Shown: piece by piece, positions 47,349 through 57,427 of the stretch
Layout: every line of letters begins with the position of its first letter
Numbering within the stretch: position 1 is the first letter of the stretch
Source of the DNA: an uncultured Verrucomicrobia subdivision 3 bacterium
GTDB lineage: Bacteria > Verrucomicrobiota > Verrucomicrobiia > Limisphaerales > UBA11358
Direction: 5' to 3'
Assembly (NCBI GenBank): GCA_903878805.1
Contig: CAIRJF010000018.1
Coordinates: 19,276-83,275, forward strand
Length of the DNA: 64,000 nt
Notes under the pieces: model-generated
The model's database searches: none
Told to the model about the DNA's origin: nothing
Seen by the model: the letters and a program-made list of their open reading frames with translations, nothing else
Position numbers and translations under genes: made by a program

Positions 47349-47744
47349 TTAGTGGATACCAGCTTTGGCACTCGGATTACGTTGCACACCGACCGTCTTG
47401 CGCGGACCTTTGCGCGTGCGGGCGTTGGTCTGCGTGCGTTGACCGCGGACGGGCAGGCTGCGCATGTGGCGGATGCCACGATAACACTTGATGCCCTGCA
47501 GGCGTTTGAGGTTCATGCCGAGTTCGCGGCGCAAATCGCCTTCGATGACATACTTGCCCTCTTGAATCGCGTGGACGATTTGCGAGAGCTGGGCCTCGGT
47601 CAAATCCTTCGCGCGGATTGACGGGTCAATGTTGGCGCGTTCGAGAACCGCCTTTGCGTTGACCGGGCCGATGCCGTAAATGTAGCGTAGCGCAATATCA
47701 ATGCGCTTGCCCGGCGGAATTTCTACACCAATGATGCGTGCCAT
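47349..47744 (-). CDS. rpsM: 30S ribosomal protein S13
   Basis: [26 protein letters not shown]... a canonical S13. Confidence 0.96.
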   Translation of the reverse strand: MARIIGVEIPPGKRIDIALRYIYGIGPVNAKAVLERANIDPSIRAKDLTEAQLSQIVHAIQEGKYVIEGDLRRELGMNLKRLQGIKCYRGIRHMRSLPVRGQRTQTNARTRKGPRKTVGVQRNPSAKAGIH

Positions 47745-47754
47745 AAATTTTTAA

Positions 47755-47868
47755 TTAACCTTGACGTTGCTTGTGGCGTTTGTTCGTGCAGATGACGCGG
47801 ATCACGCCGCGACGCTTCACGATTTTGCAGTGCTCACACAATTTTTTAACTGACGCTCTGACTTTCAT
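47755..47868 (-). CDS. rpmJ: 50S ribosomal protein L36
   Basis: Hand-translated 37 aa: [37 protein letters not shown]. Below the ORF-track cutoff. Sits at the canonical infA-rpmJ-rpsM position. Confidence 0.92.
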   Translation of the reverse strand: MKVRASVKKLCEHCKIVKRRGVIRVICTNKRHKQRQG

Positions 47869-47870
47869 GC

Positions 47871-48092
47871 TTAAATTATTTTTGTTTCAACCATTATCTG
47901 CCCCACGCTCAAGTCGTAAGGCGTCAATTTCAACTTCACTTCATCGCCGGCCTTCAAACCGGCAAAAATCTTTTCATCGCGCCGGCTTACAAACGCCGTC
48001 AGGCGATGGCCGTTTTTCAGCTCCGCGCAAAACGTGCCGTTTGGCAGCGCTTCAATCACGCGGGCTTCAACGCGGAAGGCATCTTCGCCCAT
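47871..48092 (-). CDS. infA: translation initiation factor IF-1
   Basis: [36 protein letters not shown]...[11 protein letters not shown], an S1-like IF-1 fold pattern. The start overlaps the map 3' end by 37 nt. Confidence 0.88.
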   Translation of the reverse strand: MGEDAFRVEARVIEALPNGTFCAELKNGHRLTAFVSRRDEKIFAGLKAGDEVKLKLTPYDLSVGQIMVETKII

Positions 48093-48838
48093 GTCAAAAT
48101 CTCCGGCTCACCGTCCGTAACCAAAACGGTATGCTCAAAATGGGCAGATAGTGAACCATCTTGCGTCACTACTGTCCAGCCGTCTTTCAGGATTTTTACG
48201 TCCGCGCGGCCAATGTTTACCATCGGCTCGATCGCGATTGTCATACCTGACTTTAACTTCGGCGAGGACTTTTTGCCCTCGTCAAAATTCGGCACCTGCG
48301 GCTCTTCGTGCATCGACCGTCCAACACCGTGGCCGACAAATTCGCGCACGACACTAAATCCGTTTGACTCGACATACCGCTGAACCGCCAGCGAAATATC
48401 CAGCACGCGATTACCGGGTCGCGCTTGCGCGATGCCCAAATAAAGCGATTGCTCCGTCACGTCCAGCAACCGTTGTGCCGCGACGCCACATCCGCCCACC
48501 GCCACCGTCCTAGCCGTGTCACCAATAAAACCTTTATGAACCACGCCGACATCCACACTGACAATGTCACCAAATTTCAATTCGCGCTCTGACGCGATAC
48601 CGTGAACCACTTCGTCGTTCACTGACAGACACGTGTGGCACGGAAATTTCCGATACCCGAGAAACGCGCTCTTGCCGTCGTAACTCTTGATCCGCTCTGC
48701 TGCAAAATTATCAATCTGCCGGGTCGTGACGCCCGGCTTGATGAATGCCGCGATCTCGTCCAAAACTTTTCCGGCCACCCAACCTGCCGGACGCATCAAC
48801 TTCAAATCGTCCTCTGACTTGAGCTTTATTCCGGCCAC
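48056..48838 (-). CDS. map: type I methionine aminopeptidase
   Basis: Metal-ligand blocks DIVSVDVGV, GDTARTV, FVGHGVG, MTIAIEPM and SAHFEHTVLVT. Confidence 0.94.
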   Translation of the reverse strand: MAGIKLKSEDDLKLMRPAGWVAGKVLDEIAAFIKPGVTTRQIDNFAAERIKSYDGKSAFLGYRKFPCHTCLSVNDEVVHGIASERELKFGDIVSVDVGVVHKGFIGDTARTVAVGGCGVAAQRLLDVTEQSLYLGIAQARPGNRVLDISLAVQRYVESNGFSVVREFVGHGVGRSMHEEPQVPNFDEGKKSSPKLKSGMTIAIEPMVNIGRADVKILKDGWTVVTQDGSLSAHFEHTVLVTDGEPEILTWAKMPSALKPA

Positions 48839-48844
48839 AAAAAT

Positions 48845-50233
48845 TTAGAACCGGCCACGAATCTTCCCTTTTTTCAGGAAGCCATCATAGTGGCGCATCA
48901 TCAAGTGCGATTCCACCTGCCGCATCGTGTCCAACAAAACACCAACAGAAATCAAAATGCTCGTGCCACCAAAAAACTGCGCTACGTCCGGCGGAATATT
49001 TAATTTACGCCCGAGAATAATCGGAATCGTCGCAATGATCGTCAGGAAAATCGCACCAGCCAGCGTAATGCGGCTCATGGCGTGATGCAGATAATCACTC
49101 GTGCCCTGCCCTGGCCGGACACCGGGAATGTAGCCGCCGTTCTTCTTCAGGTCGTCGGCAATCTGAATTTCATTAAACTGCGTCGCGACCCAGAAATACG
49201 AAAAGAACAAAATCATTGCCGAGTAGGTGGCCATGTAAAGCCAAGAGCCATAATTCAACGTCTGCGCGAGACTGCGGAAAAAATCCTGCAGCACCGGTGT
49301 CTTACTGAACGCGTTTGCCAGCCAGGTGCAGACCGGCTGCGGAAACATCAAAATGGATTGCGCGAAAATAATCGGCATCACGCCCGCATAATTCACGCGC
49401 AACGGCATGAACGACGTTCCGCCCGCATACATTTTACGACCGACCGCACGCTGGGCATATTGAACTGGAATTTTCCGCTGCGCCTGGGTTATGGCGATGA
49501 CGCCGCCGACCACTAGCACAAGCAAGGCCAACAATAACAGCCCAGTTCCCGCAAAATGGTAATCCGTCTCTTGTCCGCTGGCCGGATGAAACATATCAAT
49601 CAACGCCCGCACCGCGCGCGGCAGCCGTGCCAGAATGCCGATGGTGATAATGAGCGAAACGCCGTTGCCAATGCCGCGCTCGGTAATCTGCTCGCCCATC
49701 CACATGAGCAGCATCGTTCCCGCCGTCATCACGGTCACAGCCACAAAGTAATAGGCGAAATGATTGTCAATCAGCACGAGCTGGCTGATGCCGGGAAACT
49801 GCGCCTGCGGATGCAGCCAGCTGCTCGCAAAATAAATTCCCTGTCCGATGCACAGCAGCACGGTGAGGTAACGTCCGTATTTGATGATCTGCGTGCGGCC
49901 GCCGTCTTCGCGCGCCAGCTTGCTCAGGCGCGGGACGACGGCCGTGAGCAATTGAATGATGATGGTCGCGCTGATGTAGGGCATGATGCCCAGTGAGCCG
50001 ATGGCGCAATGTTCAAACGCACCACCGGCGAAGGTGTTATACATCCCCAAAATACCGCCGTCACCGCCGTGGGTTTTGAAAAAGTTCGAAAGCGCCTCAC
50101 CGTTCAGTCCCGGAATGCGGATGACCGCCATCACGCGGCATACGGCCAAAACTCCCAGCGTAAACCAGATTCGGGAATTCAATTCCGGAATCTTGAAACA
50201 ATTGGCGAGCGTGCTGGCGATGGAGCGAAACAT
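48845..50233 (-). CDS. secY: preprotein translocase subunit SecY
   Basis: 462-aa 10-TM protein with a SecY-type sequence (GIMPYISATIIIQLL...). Canonical position after rplO. Confidence 0.95.
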   Translation of the reverse strand: MFRSIASTLANCFKIPELNSRIWFTLGVLAVCRVMAVIRIPGLNGEALSNFFKTHGGDGGILGMYNTFAGGAFEHCAIGSLGIMPYISATIIIQLLTAVVPRLSKLAREDGGRTQIIKYGRYLTVLLCIGQGIYFASSWLHPQAQFPGISQLVLIDNHFAYYFVAVTVMTAGTMLLMWMGEQITERGIGNGVSLIITIGILARLPRAVRALIDMFHPASGQETDYHFAGTGLLLLALLVLVVGGVIAITQAQRKIPVQYAQRAVGRKMYAGGTSFMPLRVNYAGVMPIIFAQSILMFPQPVCTWLANAFSKTPVLQDFFRSLAQTLNYGSWLYMATYSAMILFFSYFWVATQFNEIQIADDLKKNGGYIPGVRPGQGTSDYLHHAMSRITLAGAIFLTIIATIPIILGRKLNIPPDVAQFFGGTSILISVGVLLDTMRQVESHLMMRHYDGFLKKGKIRGRF

Positions 50234-50245
50234 TCTTCAGCCGAA

Positions 50246-50719
50246 TTATTTCTTGGCCGGAGCCGAAGATTTTTTGGCGATGATCTCGACCGCGCCGCCC
50301 TTGGCTTCGATCTTGGTTTTCGCCGAGGCGCTGATGGCACTGACGACCACGACCAATTTTTTGGTCAAATCGCCGGTGCCGAGAATTTTGATTCCAAGTT
50401 TCGGGCCATTGGCGAGGCCAACGGAACGCAGAGCCGTTTCATCCACGCGCGCGCCATCTTCGAACTGGTTCAGGTCGCCGACGTTGACCGGGCTGTAAGC
50501 CGTGGTGAATTGAGCGTTGTTGAAACCGCGTTTCGGGATGCGGCGAATGAGCGGCATCTGACCGCCTTCGAAACCGATACGGATGGAGCTACCAGAACGT
50601 GCGGTCTGGCCTTTGCCACCGCGACCGGCCGTTTTGCCACGGCCGCTGGATTCACCTTGACCGAGGCGTTTGGTGCGGTGCTTCGCGCCGGGACGGGGTT
50701 TAAGATTGTGCAGTCGCAT
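50246..50719 (-). CDS. rplO: 50S ribosomal protein L15
   Basis: MRLHNLKPRPGAKHRTKRLGQGESSGRGKTAGRGGKGQ... a canonical L15. Confidence 0.95.
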   Translation of the reverse strand: MRLHNLKPRPGAKHRTKRLGQGESSGRGKTAGRGGKGQTARSGSSIRIGFEGGQMPLIRRIPKRGFNNAQFTTAYSPVNVGDLNQFEDGARVDETALRSVGLANGPKLGIKILGTGDLTKKLVVVVSAISASAKTKIEAKGGAVEIIAKKSSAPAKK

Positions 50720-50731
50720 AAAAATTATTTA

Positions 50732-51409
50732 TCAGGCGGCAATTGCTGCGGGAGCTTTCGGCGCGGAAACTTTCTTAATTTCCAGACCACGGCTTTGGTA
50801 AATCTGTTCGCGGGTGCGCAGGCTCAACAAACCGTTGAGCGTGGCCTTCACAACGTTCGCCGCATTTTTCGAACCGAGTGATTTCGTCAAAATATCTTTC
50901 ACGCCAGCGGATTCCAAAACGGAACGAACCGTTTTGCCAGCGATAATACCAGTTCCAGGCGAGGCTGGGCGCAAGAGAATCTTCGCGCCGCCGTAGCAGG
51001 AATAAACTTCGTGCGGAATCGTCACGTCTTGCAACGAGACCGATTGCATTTTATTGCGGGCGAGTTCGCCGCCGCGCTTGATGGCGTCCGCAACTTCCGC
51101 CGCTTTGCCGAGCGCCATGCCGACCTTACCTTTTTTGTCACCAACAACGACGAGCGCGCTGAATTTAAAGCGGCGCCCGCCTTTGACGACTTTGGAAGAA
51201 CGGTTGATGAAAACCACTTTCTCGACGATTTCTTCGCCGCCTTTACCAAAAGCGTTTTCGCCGACATCGGGACGACGGCCACGGCCACCGCCACGTCCGC
51301 CCTGACCACCACGTCCGCCGCCAAAGCCACCGCGTCCGCCGCGGGATTCAGTTGGTTTCGTCGCTTCGGGAGCGGTAGGAGCTACTGGAATGTTTTCGTT
51401 TTCAGCCAC
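50732..51409 (-). CDS. rpsE: 30S ribosomal protein S5 with an RGG-rich N-terminal extension
   Basis: The core ([27 protein letters not shown]...) is a canonical S5. It is preceded by ~55 aa containing [25 protein letters not shown]. Confidence 0.94.
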   Translation of the reverse strand: MAENENIPVAPTAPEATKPTESRGGRGGFGGGRGGQGGRGGGRGRRPDVGENAFGKGGEEIVEKVVFINRSSKVVKGGRRFKFSALVVVGDKKGKVGMALGKAAEVADAIKRGGELARNKMQSVSLQDVTIPHEVYSCYGGAKILLRPASPGTGIIAGKTVRSVLESAGVKDILTKSLGSKNAANVVKATLNGLLSLRTREQIYQSRGLEIKKVSAPKAPAAIAA

Positions 51410-51429
51410 AATAAATTCTCCGGTTCAGG

Positions 51430-51789
51430 TTAAAATTTCAATCCAGCTTCGCGCGCGGCATCGGCCAGCGCCTTGATTTTGCCGTGATAGCGCGTGCCAC
51501 CACGATCAAACACCACCGCCGAAATACCCTTGTCAATCGCCGCTTTCGCCGCGATGACGCCGACTTTCTTGGCACCTTCCAAGTTGGCAGACAGGGTCTT
51601 CGCCTCGCCCTTACTCACGGTCGAAGTCGCGGCAATCGTCTTGCCAGCAACGTCGTCAATGAACTGAACGTGGATATTTTCGTTCGTGAAGCGGACGCTC
51701 ATGCGCGGACGTTCGGACGTGCCGCTGACCACTTTGCGAATGCGCCAGTGGCGCAACTGCTTCAACTTTAATTTTTTTTCGGTTCTCAT
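51430..51789 (-). CDS. rplR: 50S ribosomal protein L18
   Basis: ...RPRMSVRFTNENIHVQFIDD...FDRGGTRYHGKIKALADAAREAGLKF, a canonical L18. Confidence 0.95.
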   Translation of the reverse strand: MRTEKKLKLKQLRHWRIRKVVSGTSERPRMSVRFTNENIHVQFIDDVAGKTIAATSTVSKGEAKTLSANLEGAKKVGVIAAKAAIDKGISAVVFDRGGTRYHGKIKALADAAREAGLKF

Positions 51790-51827
51790 CTCAGTGGGTT
51801 CACGGTCTTGGCCGTGAACTAAAATTG

Positions 51828-52364
51828 TTATTGGACCGTCTTGCCTTCCTTACGCACGACGTGTTCGCCAGCGTAGCGGACACCCTTACCTTTGTAAGGT
51901 TCCGGCGGATAGTAAGCGCGGATTTCCGAAGCGACCTTGCCGACAACCATCTTGTCCGGTCCTTCAATCGTGATTTTCGTATTTTCTTCGACAGTGACTT
52001 TGATCTGTTCCGGAATGTCGTAATTGATCGGATGCGAATAGCCGAGCGAAAGGTTCACAACCTTGCCGGTGACGGCAGCCTTGAAACCGACGCCCTGAAT
52101 TTCTAGCTTCTTGACGAAACCTTCGGCGACGCCCTTGACCATGTTGTTGACAAGCGCGCGGCTCAAGCCGTGCAACGCCTTCGCCTGCGCATCTTCACCG
52201 GCGCGGCTCACGACAATCTTGTCACCTTCAACTTTGAGGCTCGTGCGCGCTGGTAGTTCCCACGCGAGCTTGCCCTTCGGTCCTTCGACAGAAACTTTTT
52301 GACCCTTCACATCCACCTTGACCTTGGCGGGAATGGCAATCGGTTGTTTTCCAATACGAGACAT
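51828..52364 (-). CDS. rplF: 50S ribosomal protein L6
   Basis: MSRIGKQPIAIPAKVKV... a canonical L6. Confidence 0.95.
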   Translation of the reverse strand: MSRIGKQPIAIPAKVKVDVKGQKVSVEGPKGKLAWELPARTSLKVEGDKIVVSRAGEDAQAKALHGLSRALVNNMVKGVAEGFVKKLEIQGVGFKAAVTGKVVNLSLGYSHPINYDIPEQIKVTVEENTKITIEGPDKMVVGKVASEIRAYYPPEPYKGKGVRYAGEHVVRKEGKTVQ

Positions 52365-52371
52365 AAAATTA

Positions 52372-52758
52372 TTACCAGATGTAGGCGAGGAGTTCTCCGC
52401 CGAGGTTTTTCTTGCGCGCCTGCTGGTCGGTCAACAGACCTTCCGAGGTCGAAACAATCGCCACGCCAAGACCGCCGCGCACGCGAGGAATTTCCGTCGC
52501 GCCAACATAGCGGCGCAAACCAGGCTTGCTAACGCGCTTCAGACCTTCGATGACGCTCTTTTTGCCGTTAAATTTCAAACCAATCGTGATGGTCTTCTTG
52601 ACATCGCCTTCAACGGAAACATCGGCGACGTAACCTTGCTGCTTCAGCAACTTGGCCACACTTTCCTTGATGCGGGAATGCGGCAGTTTCACCACGGGCA
52701 ATTGCGCCGCACCCGCGTTGCGGATGCGCGTCAACATATCAGAAATCGGATCGCTCAT
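52372..52758 (-). CDS. rpsH: 30S ribosomal protein S8
   Basis: MSDPISDMLTRIRNA... a canonical S8. Confidence 0.95.
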   Translation of the reverse strand: MSDPISDMLTRIRNAGAAQLPVVKLPHSRIKESVAKLLKQQGYVADVSVEGDVKKTITIGLKFNGKKSVIEGLKRVSKPGLRRYVGATEIPRVRGGLGVAIVSTSEGLLTDQQARKKNLGGELLAYIW

Positions 52759-52832
52759 TTTATTTTTTAACTTTCGTCCTGCGTTTCGGCGCCTGCGTCA
52801 TTGCGGAATCGACAGCCAGCACGAACAAATTT

Positions 52833-53102
52833 TTACCAACTTGCCTTTGTCACACCGGGAATCAAACCATTCAACGCCGCTTCACGGAACGTCAAACGGG
52901 ACACCCCGAACTTGCGCCAATATCCACGACGGCGGCCGCTGAACGCGCAGCGGTTCACGACGCGCGTCGGGCTCGCGTCACGCGGCAACTGCGACAGGCC
53001 GGCGTAATCGCGTTTCGCCTTCAGCTCAGCACGGAGGGCGGCGTATTTCTTGACCGTTTCTTTTTTGCGGTTGTTCCGCTCAATCCATGATTTCTTGGCC
53101 AT
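52833..53102 (-). CDS. rpsN: 30S ribosomal protein S14 (long, non-zinc form)
   Basis: [14 protein letters not shown]...[24 protein letters not shown]...W, a canonical S14 lacking the CxxC pairs. Confidence 0.94.
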   Translation of the reverse strand: MAKKSWIERNNRKKETVKKYAALRAELKAKRDYAGLSQLPRDASPTRVVNRCAFSGRRRGYWRKFGVSRLTFREAALNGLIPGVTKASW

Positions 53103-53108
53103 AACAAA

Positions 53109-53651
53109 TTATTTTTCTGCGAACGGAAAACCCATCAACTTCAACAAGTCGAGCGCCAAATCATTTTTGCCGGCGGTCGTCACAATCGTGATGTCCATGC
53201 CCTGCTGGCGTTTGATTTTTTCCAATTCGATTTCAGGAAAAATGGTCTGATCCGGCACGCCGAACGTGTAGTTGCCACGGCCATCAAACTTGCGCGGTGA
53301 CAAACCACGGAAGTCGCGGATGCGCGGTAGCGCGGTAGCGACCAGGCGGTCGAAAAATTCAAACATCGTGTCGCCCCGCAACGTGACGCGGCAGCCGATG
53401 GCTTGATTTTTGCGCAACTTGAAATTCGCCACGTCCTTTTTGGAGCGGCTGATGACGGGCTTGCGGCCGGTCAACTGCGTCAAATCTTTCGCGGCATCTT
53501 CCATCGCACCTTTTTCGAGCGAGGCGTTGATGCCCATGTTCACGACGATTTTAACGAACTTCGGAATCTGGTGAACGTTCGCAAAGTTGTGCTTCGCCTT
53601 GAGCGCCGGCACGACTTCGTTCGTGTATTTTGTGTAAAGTCTGGATTTCAT
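53109..53651 (-). CDS. rplE: 50S ribosomal protein L5
   Basis: Canonical L5 blocks (PKFVKIVVNMG..., FRGLSPRKFDGRGNYTFG). Confidence 0.95.
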   Translation of the reverse strand: MKSRLYTKYTNEVVPALKAKHNFANVHQIPKFVKIVVNMGINASLEKGAMEDAAKDLTQLTGRKPVISRSKKDVANFKLRKNQAIGCRVTLRGDTMFEFFDRLVATALPRIRDFRGLSPRKFDGRGNYTFGVPDQTIFPEIELEKIKRQQGMDITIVTTAGKNDLALDLLKLMGFPFAEK

Positions 53652-53684
53652 TTTTTAACTCACGGATTTGGCCGTGAAAATTAT

Positions 53685-53924
53685 TTACGCGGTTGCCGCC
53701 TCCGCTTTTTTCACATTCGAGATGTGAATCGAACCTTCGCGGTCAAGAATCGCGCCGTTCGGATTCTGTTGGCTCTTTTTGACGTGCTTCTTAATCATCT
53801 GCAAGCCTTCGACCACGACGCGCTGCTTTTCAGTCAGCACGGCGATAATCTTGCCGCTCTTGCCTTTTTCTTTGCCAGAGATGACGGTGACTTGATCACC
53901 TTTTTTAACGTGAAATTTTGACAT
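53685..53924 (-). CDS. rplX: 50S ribosomal protein L24
   Basis: MSKFHVKKGDQVTVISGKEKGKSGKI... (KOW motif). ATG 53924 preferred over TTG 53933. Confidence 0.92.
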   Translation of the reverse strand: MSKFHVKKGDQVTVISGKEKGKSGKIIAVLTEKQRVVVEGLQMIKKHVKKSQQNPNGAILDREGSIHISNVKKAEAATA

Positions 53925-53929
53925 AACCT

Positions 53930-54295
53930 TCAAATGACTTCCGGCGCGAGTGAAATGATTTTCATGAACTTCTTTTCGCGCAATTCGCGGGCGACCGGGC
54001 CGAAAATACGCGTGCCCTTGGGATTCAATTCCTTGTCAATGATGACGCAGGCGTTGCTGTCGAAGCGCAGCACCGAACCGTCGGTGCGGGTGATGATGTG
54101 GCGCGTGCGAACTACAACGGCGTCATGCACTTCACCTTTTTTCACCGAGCCATCCGGCGCGGCTTCTTTGATGTGAACCTTGATGACGTCGCCGATACCG
54201 GCATAACGCTGGTTGCGGCCCAACACGCCGATATTCCAAGCAATCTTGGCACCGGTGTTATCCGCCACATCTAAACTGGATCGAACTTGCAACAT
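53930..54295 (-). CDS. rplN: 50S ribosomal protein L14
   Basis: [17 protein letters not shown]... a canonical L14. Confidence 0.96.
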   Translation of the reverse strand: MLQVRSSLDVADNTGAKIAWNIGVLGRNQRYAGIGDVIKVHIKEAAPDGSVKKGEVHDAVVVRTRHIITRTDGSVLRFDSNACVIIDKELNPKGTRIFGPVARELREKKFMKIISLAPEVI

Positions 54296-54306
54296 AAAAT
54301 TAAAAA

Positions 54307-54606
54307 TTAAGCCGCGATTGGCGCAACGTTTTCGCCGCGTTCCACCACTTCCACCAGCGTCCAGCGTTTCAACTTGGACAGCGGGCGGGATTCTTCGATG
54401 CGCACCGTGTCGCCCGGCTTCGCTTCTGACTTCTCGTCGTGCGCGTAAAATTTCTTGTAGGAGGTGACAATCTTCTTGTATTGCGGGTGCGGGAAACGGC
54501 GTTCCACGCGAACCACAATCGTCTTCGTCATCTTATTCGAGACAACTTCACCGACGCGCTGTTTGCGCTTGCCGGTCGCCGTCACATTGGTCGTTGATTC
54601 AGCCAT
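54307..54606 (-). CDS. rpsQ: 30S ribosomal protein S17
   Basis: ...[28 protein letters not shown]...HDE...GD.V.I.E.RPLSK.KRW, a canonical S17. Confidence 0.95.
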   Translation of the reverse strand: MAESTTNVTATGKRKQRVGEVVSNKMTKTIVVRVERRFPHPQYKKIVTSYKKFYAHDEKSEAKPGDTVRIEESRPLSKLKRWTLVEVVERGENVAPIAA

Positions 54607-54612
54607 ACAAAA

Positions 54613-54831
54613 TTATTTCTTCACCGGTTTCGCCGCCTGATTACGCAAGGCCGACATGCGGGTTTCGACGCGCGCGATATCCTTGCGCAGCATGCGCAAG
54701 CGCGCGGGTTTTTCCAGCTGCGCGCTCGCCTGTTGCAGGCGCAGGTTGAAGATTTCGTGACGGAGGTCGCGACCGAGCGCGGCCAGCTCCACCAACGTGG
54801 CATCTTTGATTTTGGAATCGGAAAACTTCAT
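54613..54831 (-). CDS. rpmC: 50S ribosomal protein L29
   Basis: 72 aa with LRHEIFNLRLQQASAQLEKPARLRMLRKDIARV, a canonical L29. Confidence 0.93.
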   Translation of the reverse strand: MKFSDSKIKDATLVELAALGRDLRHEIFNLRLQQASAQLEKPARLRMLRKDIARVETRMSALRNQAAKPVKK

Positions 54832-54836
54832 ATTAC

Positions 54837-55259
54837 TCAGCTCGTGTGTTGATGGCGCGAAATGAACTTGGTTTTAATCGGCAGCTTGGTCGCAGCGAGG
54901 CGCATGGATTCACGCGCTTCGGCTTCCGTAATGCCGTCCACTTCAAACAAAATGTTCGCCGGGCGAATGACCGCGACCCAACCTTCGAGGGGCGCTTTGC
55001 CCTTGCCCATTCGGGTTTCGAGCGGCTTCTTCGTGTAAGATTTCTGCGGGAACACACGGATCCACATCTTGCCCTTGCGCTTCATGTGGCGGGTGATCGC
55101 GACGCGGCAGGATTCAAGCTGCTTGCCGTCCATCCAGCAACGCTCGAGCGCCATCAGGCCATATTCGCCGAAGGCAACGGTGTTGCCGCTCGTCGCCAGC
55201 CCCGTGCGACTGCCACGGTGCATTTTGCGAAACTTTACTTTTGCCGGTTGCATTGCCAT
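54837..55259 (-). CDS. rplP: 50S ribosomal protein L16
   Basis: MQPAKVKFRKMHRG... a canonical L16. Confidence 0.95.
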   Translation of the reverse strand: MAMQPAKVKFRKMHRGSRTGLATSGNTVAFGEYGLMALERCWMDGKQLESCRVAITRHMKRKGKMWIRVFPQKSYTKKPLETRMGKGKAPLEGWVAVIRPANILFEVDGITEAEARESMRLAATKLPIKTKFISRHQHTS

Positions 55260-55279
55260 AACAAAAAATCTTCTAAAAA

Positions 55280-55948
55280 TTAACTAGCGACAGGCGCTTC
55301 CGCCTTTACTTCTTTACGCTGCGGTTTGTTTTCACCTTTGCAAATCCAGCATTTGATGCCGAGCTTGCCGTAAACCGTCTTTGCTTCCGCGAAGCCGTAA
55401 TCAATGTTCGCGCGGAGCGTATGCAGCGGCACCCGACCCCAGTGATACATTTCGACTCGCGCCAATTCAGCGCCACCGAGTCGGCCACCCGCGCGAATCT
55501 TGATACCTTCCGCGCCGAAATCTTTCGCCGTCTGCAACGCCTTTTTCATCGCGCGGCGGAAGGACACCCGGCGCTCAAGCTGCAACGCGATGTTCTCCGC
55601 GCACAACTGCGCGTCGAGTTCGGGCTGCTTGACTTCGACGATGTCCACGTAAACTTCTTTGCCGGTCAACTTGCTCAATTCTTCCTTGAGCTTGTCAATC
55701 TCCGAACCTTTGCGACCGATAACGACACCGGGACGCGCGGTCAAAATCGTGACGCGGCAACGGTTCGTCGCGCGCTCGATCAAAATCTTCGGCACCGACG
55801 CGCCTTCAAGTTTCTTCTTGAGCACGTCGCGGATCATGCGGTCTTCCGTGAGCAGCTTGCTGAATTCTTTTTTGTCGGCATACCACTTAGAGCGCCAGTC
55901 TTTGTTGACCGCGACGCGTAAGCCGATTGGATTGGTTTTTTGACCCAT
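55280..55948 (-). CDS. rpsC: 30S ribosomal protein S3
   Basis: [12 protein letters not shown]... with the KH domain, a canonical S3. Confidence 0.96.
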   Translation of the reverse strand: MGQKTNPIGLRVAVNKDWRSKWYADKKEFSKLLTEDRMIRDVLKKKLEGASVPKILIERATNRCRVTILTARPGVVIGRKGSEIDKLKEELSKLTGKEVYVDIVEVKQPELDAQLCAENIALQLERRVSFRRAMKKALQTAKDFGAEGIKIRAGGRLGGAELARVEMYHWGRVPLHTLRANIDYGFAEAKTVYGKLGIKCWICKGENKPQRKEVKAEAPVAS

Positions 55949-55949
55949 A

Positions 55950-56282
55950 TTATTCGTCGGACAAAGTGATTTTGATGTGGCAACGGCGTTTCAGAATCGG
56001 GCCGGCGGAACCGCGCGCTTTCGGCTGAAAGCGTTTCAAAGTCGTCGCCGTGCCGGCAACCGCTTCTTTGATGCGCAAGGTTTCGGGGCGCAACTTGTTG
56101 TTGTTTTCCGCGTTCGCGATGGCTGAATGCAAAGTCTTGGCGACGAAGCGCGCACCTTTGCGCGGCACGACGGCCAGAATCTGTTCGGCCTGCAACGCCG
56201 GCAATCCTTGGATCTGCCGCACGACTTCGCGCATTTTCTGCGCGGACATCGGGATATTTTTGGTGATGGCGAAAACTTCCAT
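55950..56282 (-). CDS. rplV: 50S ribosomal protein L22
   Basis: 110 aa with ...[15 protein letters not shown]...A.....SA.ANAE.N, a canonical L22. Confidence 0.94.
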   Translation of the reverse strand: MEVFAITKNIPMSAQKMREVVRQIQGLPALQAEQILAVVPRKGARFVAKTLHSAIANAENNNKLRPETLRIKEAVAGTATTLKRFQPKARGSAGPILKRRCHIKITLSDE

Positions 56283-56287
56283 AAAAA

Positions 56288-56569
56288 CTATTTGGCTTCC
56301 GCCTTCGCGGTGTGGGCGCCGTGCTTCTTGAACGTGCGCGTCAGGGAGAATTCCCCAAGCTTGTGACCAACCATGTTTTCGGTGATGAAAACCGGGTTAA
56401 AAACTTTGCCGTTGTGAACGGTGAACGTCAGGCCGACAAACTCAGGCGTAATCGTCGAGCGACGCGACCAGGTTTTAATCGGCGTCTTCTGATTGGCCGC
56501 TTTCGCCTTCTGGATTTTTTCCAGAAGATGATTTTCTACAAACGGGCCTTTTTTAATCGAGCGTCCCAT
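56288..56569 (-). CDS. rpsS: 30S ribosomal protein S19
   Basis: [18 protein letters not shown]...[22 protein letters not shown], a canonical S19. Confidence 0.96.
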   Translation of the reverse strand: MGRSIKKGPFVENHLLEKIQKAKAANQKTPIKTWSRRSTITPEFVGLTFTVHNGKVFNPVFITENMVGHKLGEFSLTRTFKKHGAHTAKAEAK

Positions 56570-56572
56570 AAA

Positions 56573-57427
56573 TTATTTATTTTTCATCGGCAGACCATTG
56601 CGCTGCACGACAATGAAACGGTTAGATTGTTTGTATTTGGCGCGGGTTTTACCACCTTTGGCCACTTTGCCCCACGGCGACATGAGCTGCTGCCAACCGC
56701 CACCGCCCTTGGATTTGCCCTGACCGCCACCGTTCGGATGGTCAACCGGATTCCGCGCCATACCGCGCGTGATGCCGCGATGACCGCGATGACGTGTGCG
56801 ACCAGCTTTTCCGAGAATTACGTTTTCGTGCTCCGTATTGCCGACCTGACCAATGGTCGCGTAGCACTCTTCGTTGATCTTACGGATTTCGCCGGAAGGC
56901 AAACGAATCTGAGCGTAACCCTGATCGCGCGACATCAAAGTCGCTGCGCCACCCGCCGAACGAACCATCTGGCCGCCGCGGCCGGGTTGGAGTTCCAAAT
57001 TGTGAATGGCCGTGCTGACCGGAATCGCTTTGAGCGGAAGCGAATTGCCAACTTCAGGCGGAGCCGTCGGCCCGCTGGAAATGATGCGACCCACCGTCAC
57101 GCCGACCGGCGCGATGATATAACGCTTCTCACCATCTTTGTATTCGAGGAGCGCGAGACGAGCCGAACGCATCGGATCATACTCAATCGCCGCGACCGTC
57201 GCTTCGACGCCGTGCTTGTTGCGCTTGAAATCTACGAGGCGGATTTTCTGTTTGTGACCGCCGCCGATGCCGCGCGCAGTGACGCGGCCATACATATTGC
57301 GGCCACCAGTCTTCTTGCGGATTTCCACAAGCGACTTCTCCGGCTTCGTCTTCGTAATGTCGCTAAAGTCCGCGATCGTGATGTATCGCGTGGACGGCGT
57401 TAGCGGTCTAAATGTTTTTACGGGCAT
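56573..57427 (-). CDS. rplB: 50S ribosomal protein L2
   Basis: MPVKTFRPLTPSTR...GGGHKQK.R..DF.R...GRNMYGRVT...HPNGGGQGKSKGG, a canonical L2. ATG at 57425-57427. Confidence 0.96.
   Translation of the reverse strand: MPVKTFRPLTPSTRYITIADFSDITKTKPEKSLVEIRKKTGGRNMYGRVTARGIGGGHKQKIRLVDFKRNKHGVEATVAAIEYDPMRSARLALLEYKDGEKRYIIAPVGVTVGRIISSGPTAPPEVGNSLPLKAIPVSTAIHNLELQPGRGGQMVRSAGGAATLMSRDQGYAQIRLPSGEIRKINEECYATIGQVGNTEHENVILGKAGRTRHRGHRGITRGMARNPVDHPNGGGQGKSKGGGGWQQLMSPWGKVAKGGKTRAKYKQSNRFIVVQRNGLPMKNK

Noticed and set aside
48056-48092. 37-nt overlap of map 3' end with infA start as a possible annotation error or frameshift
   Set aside because: The IF-1 N-terminus ([12 protein letters not shown]) aligns with the usual IF-1 start. 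The MAP catalytic core is complete before the overlap. The overlap only involves a short non-conserved MAP tail.
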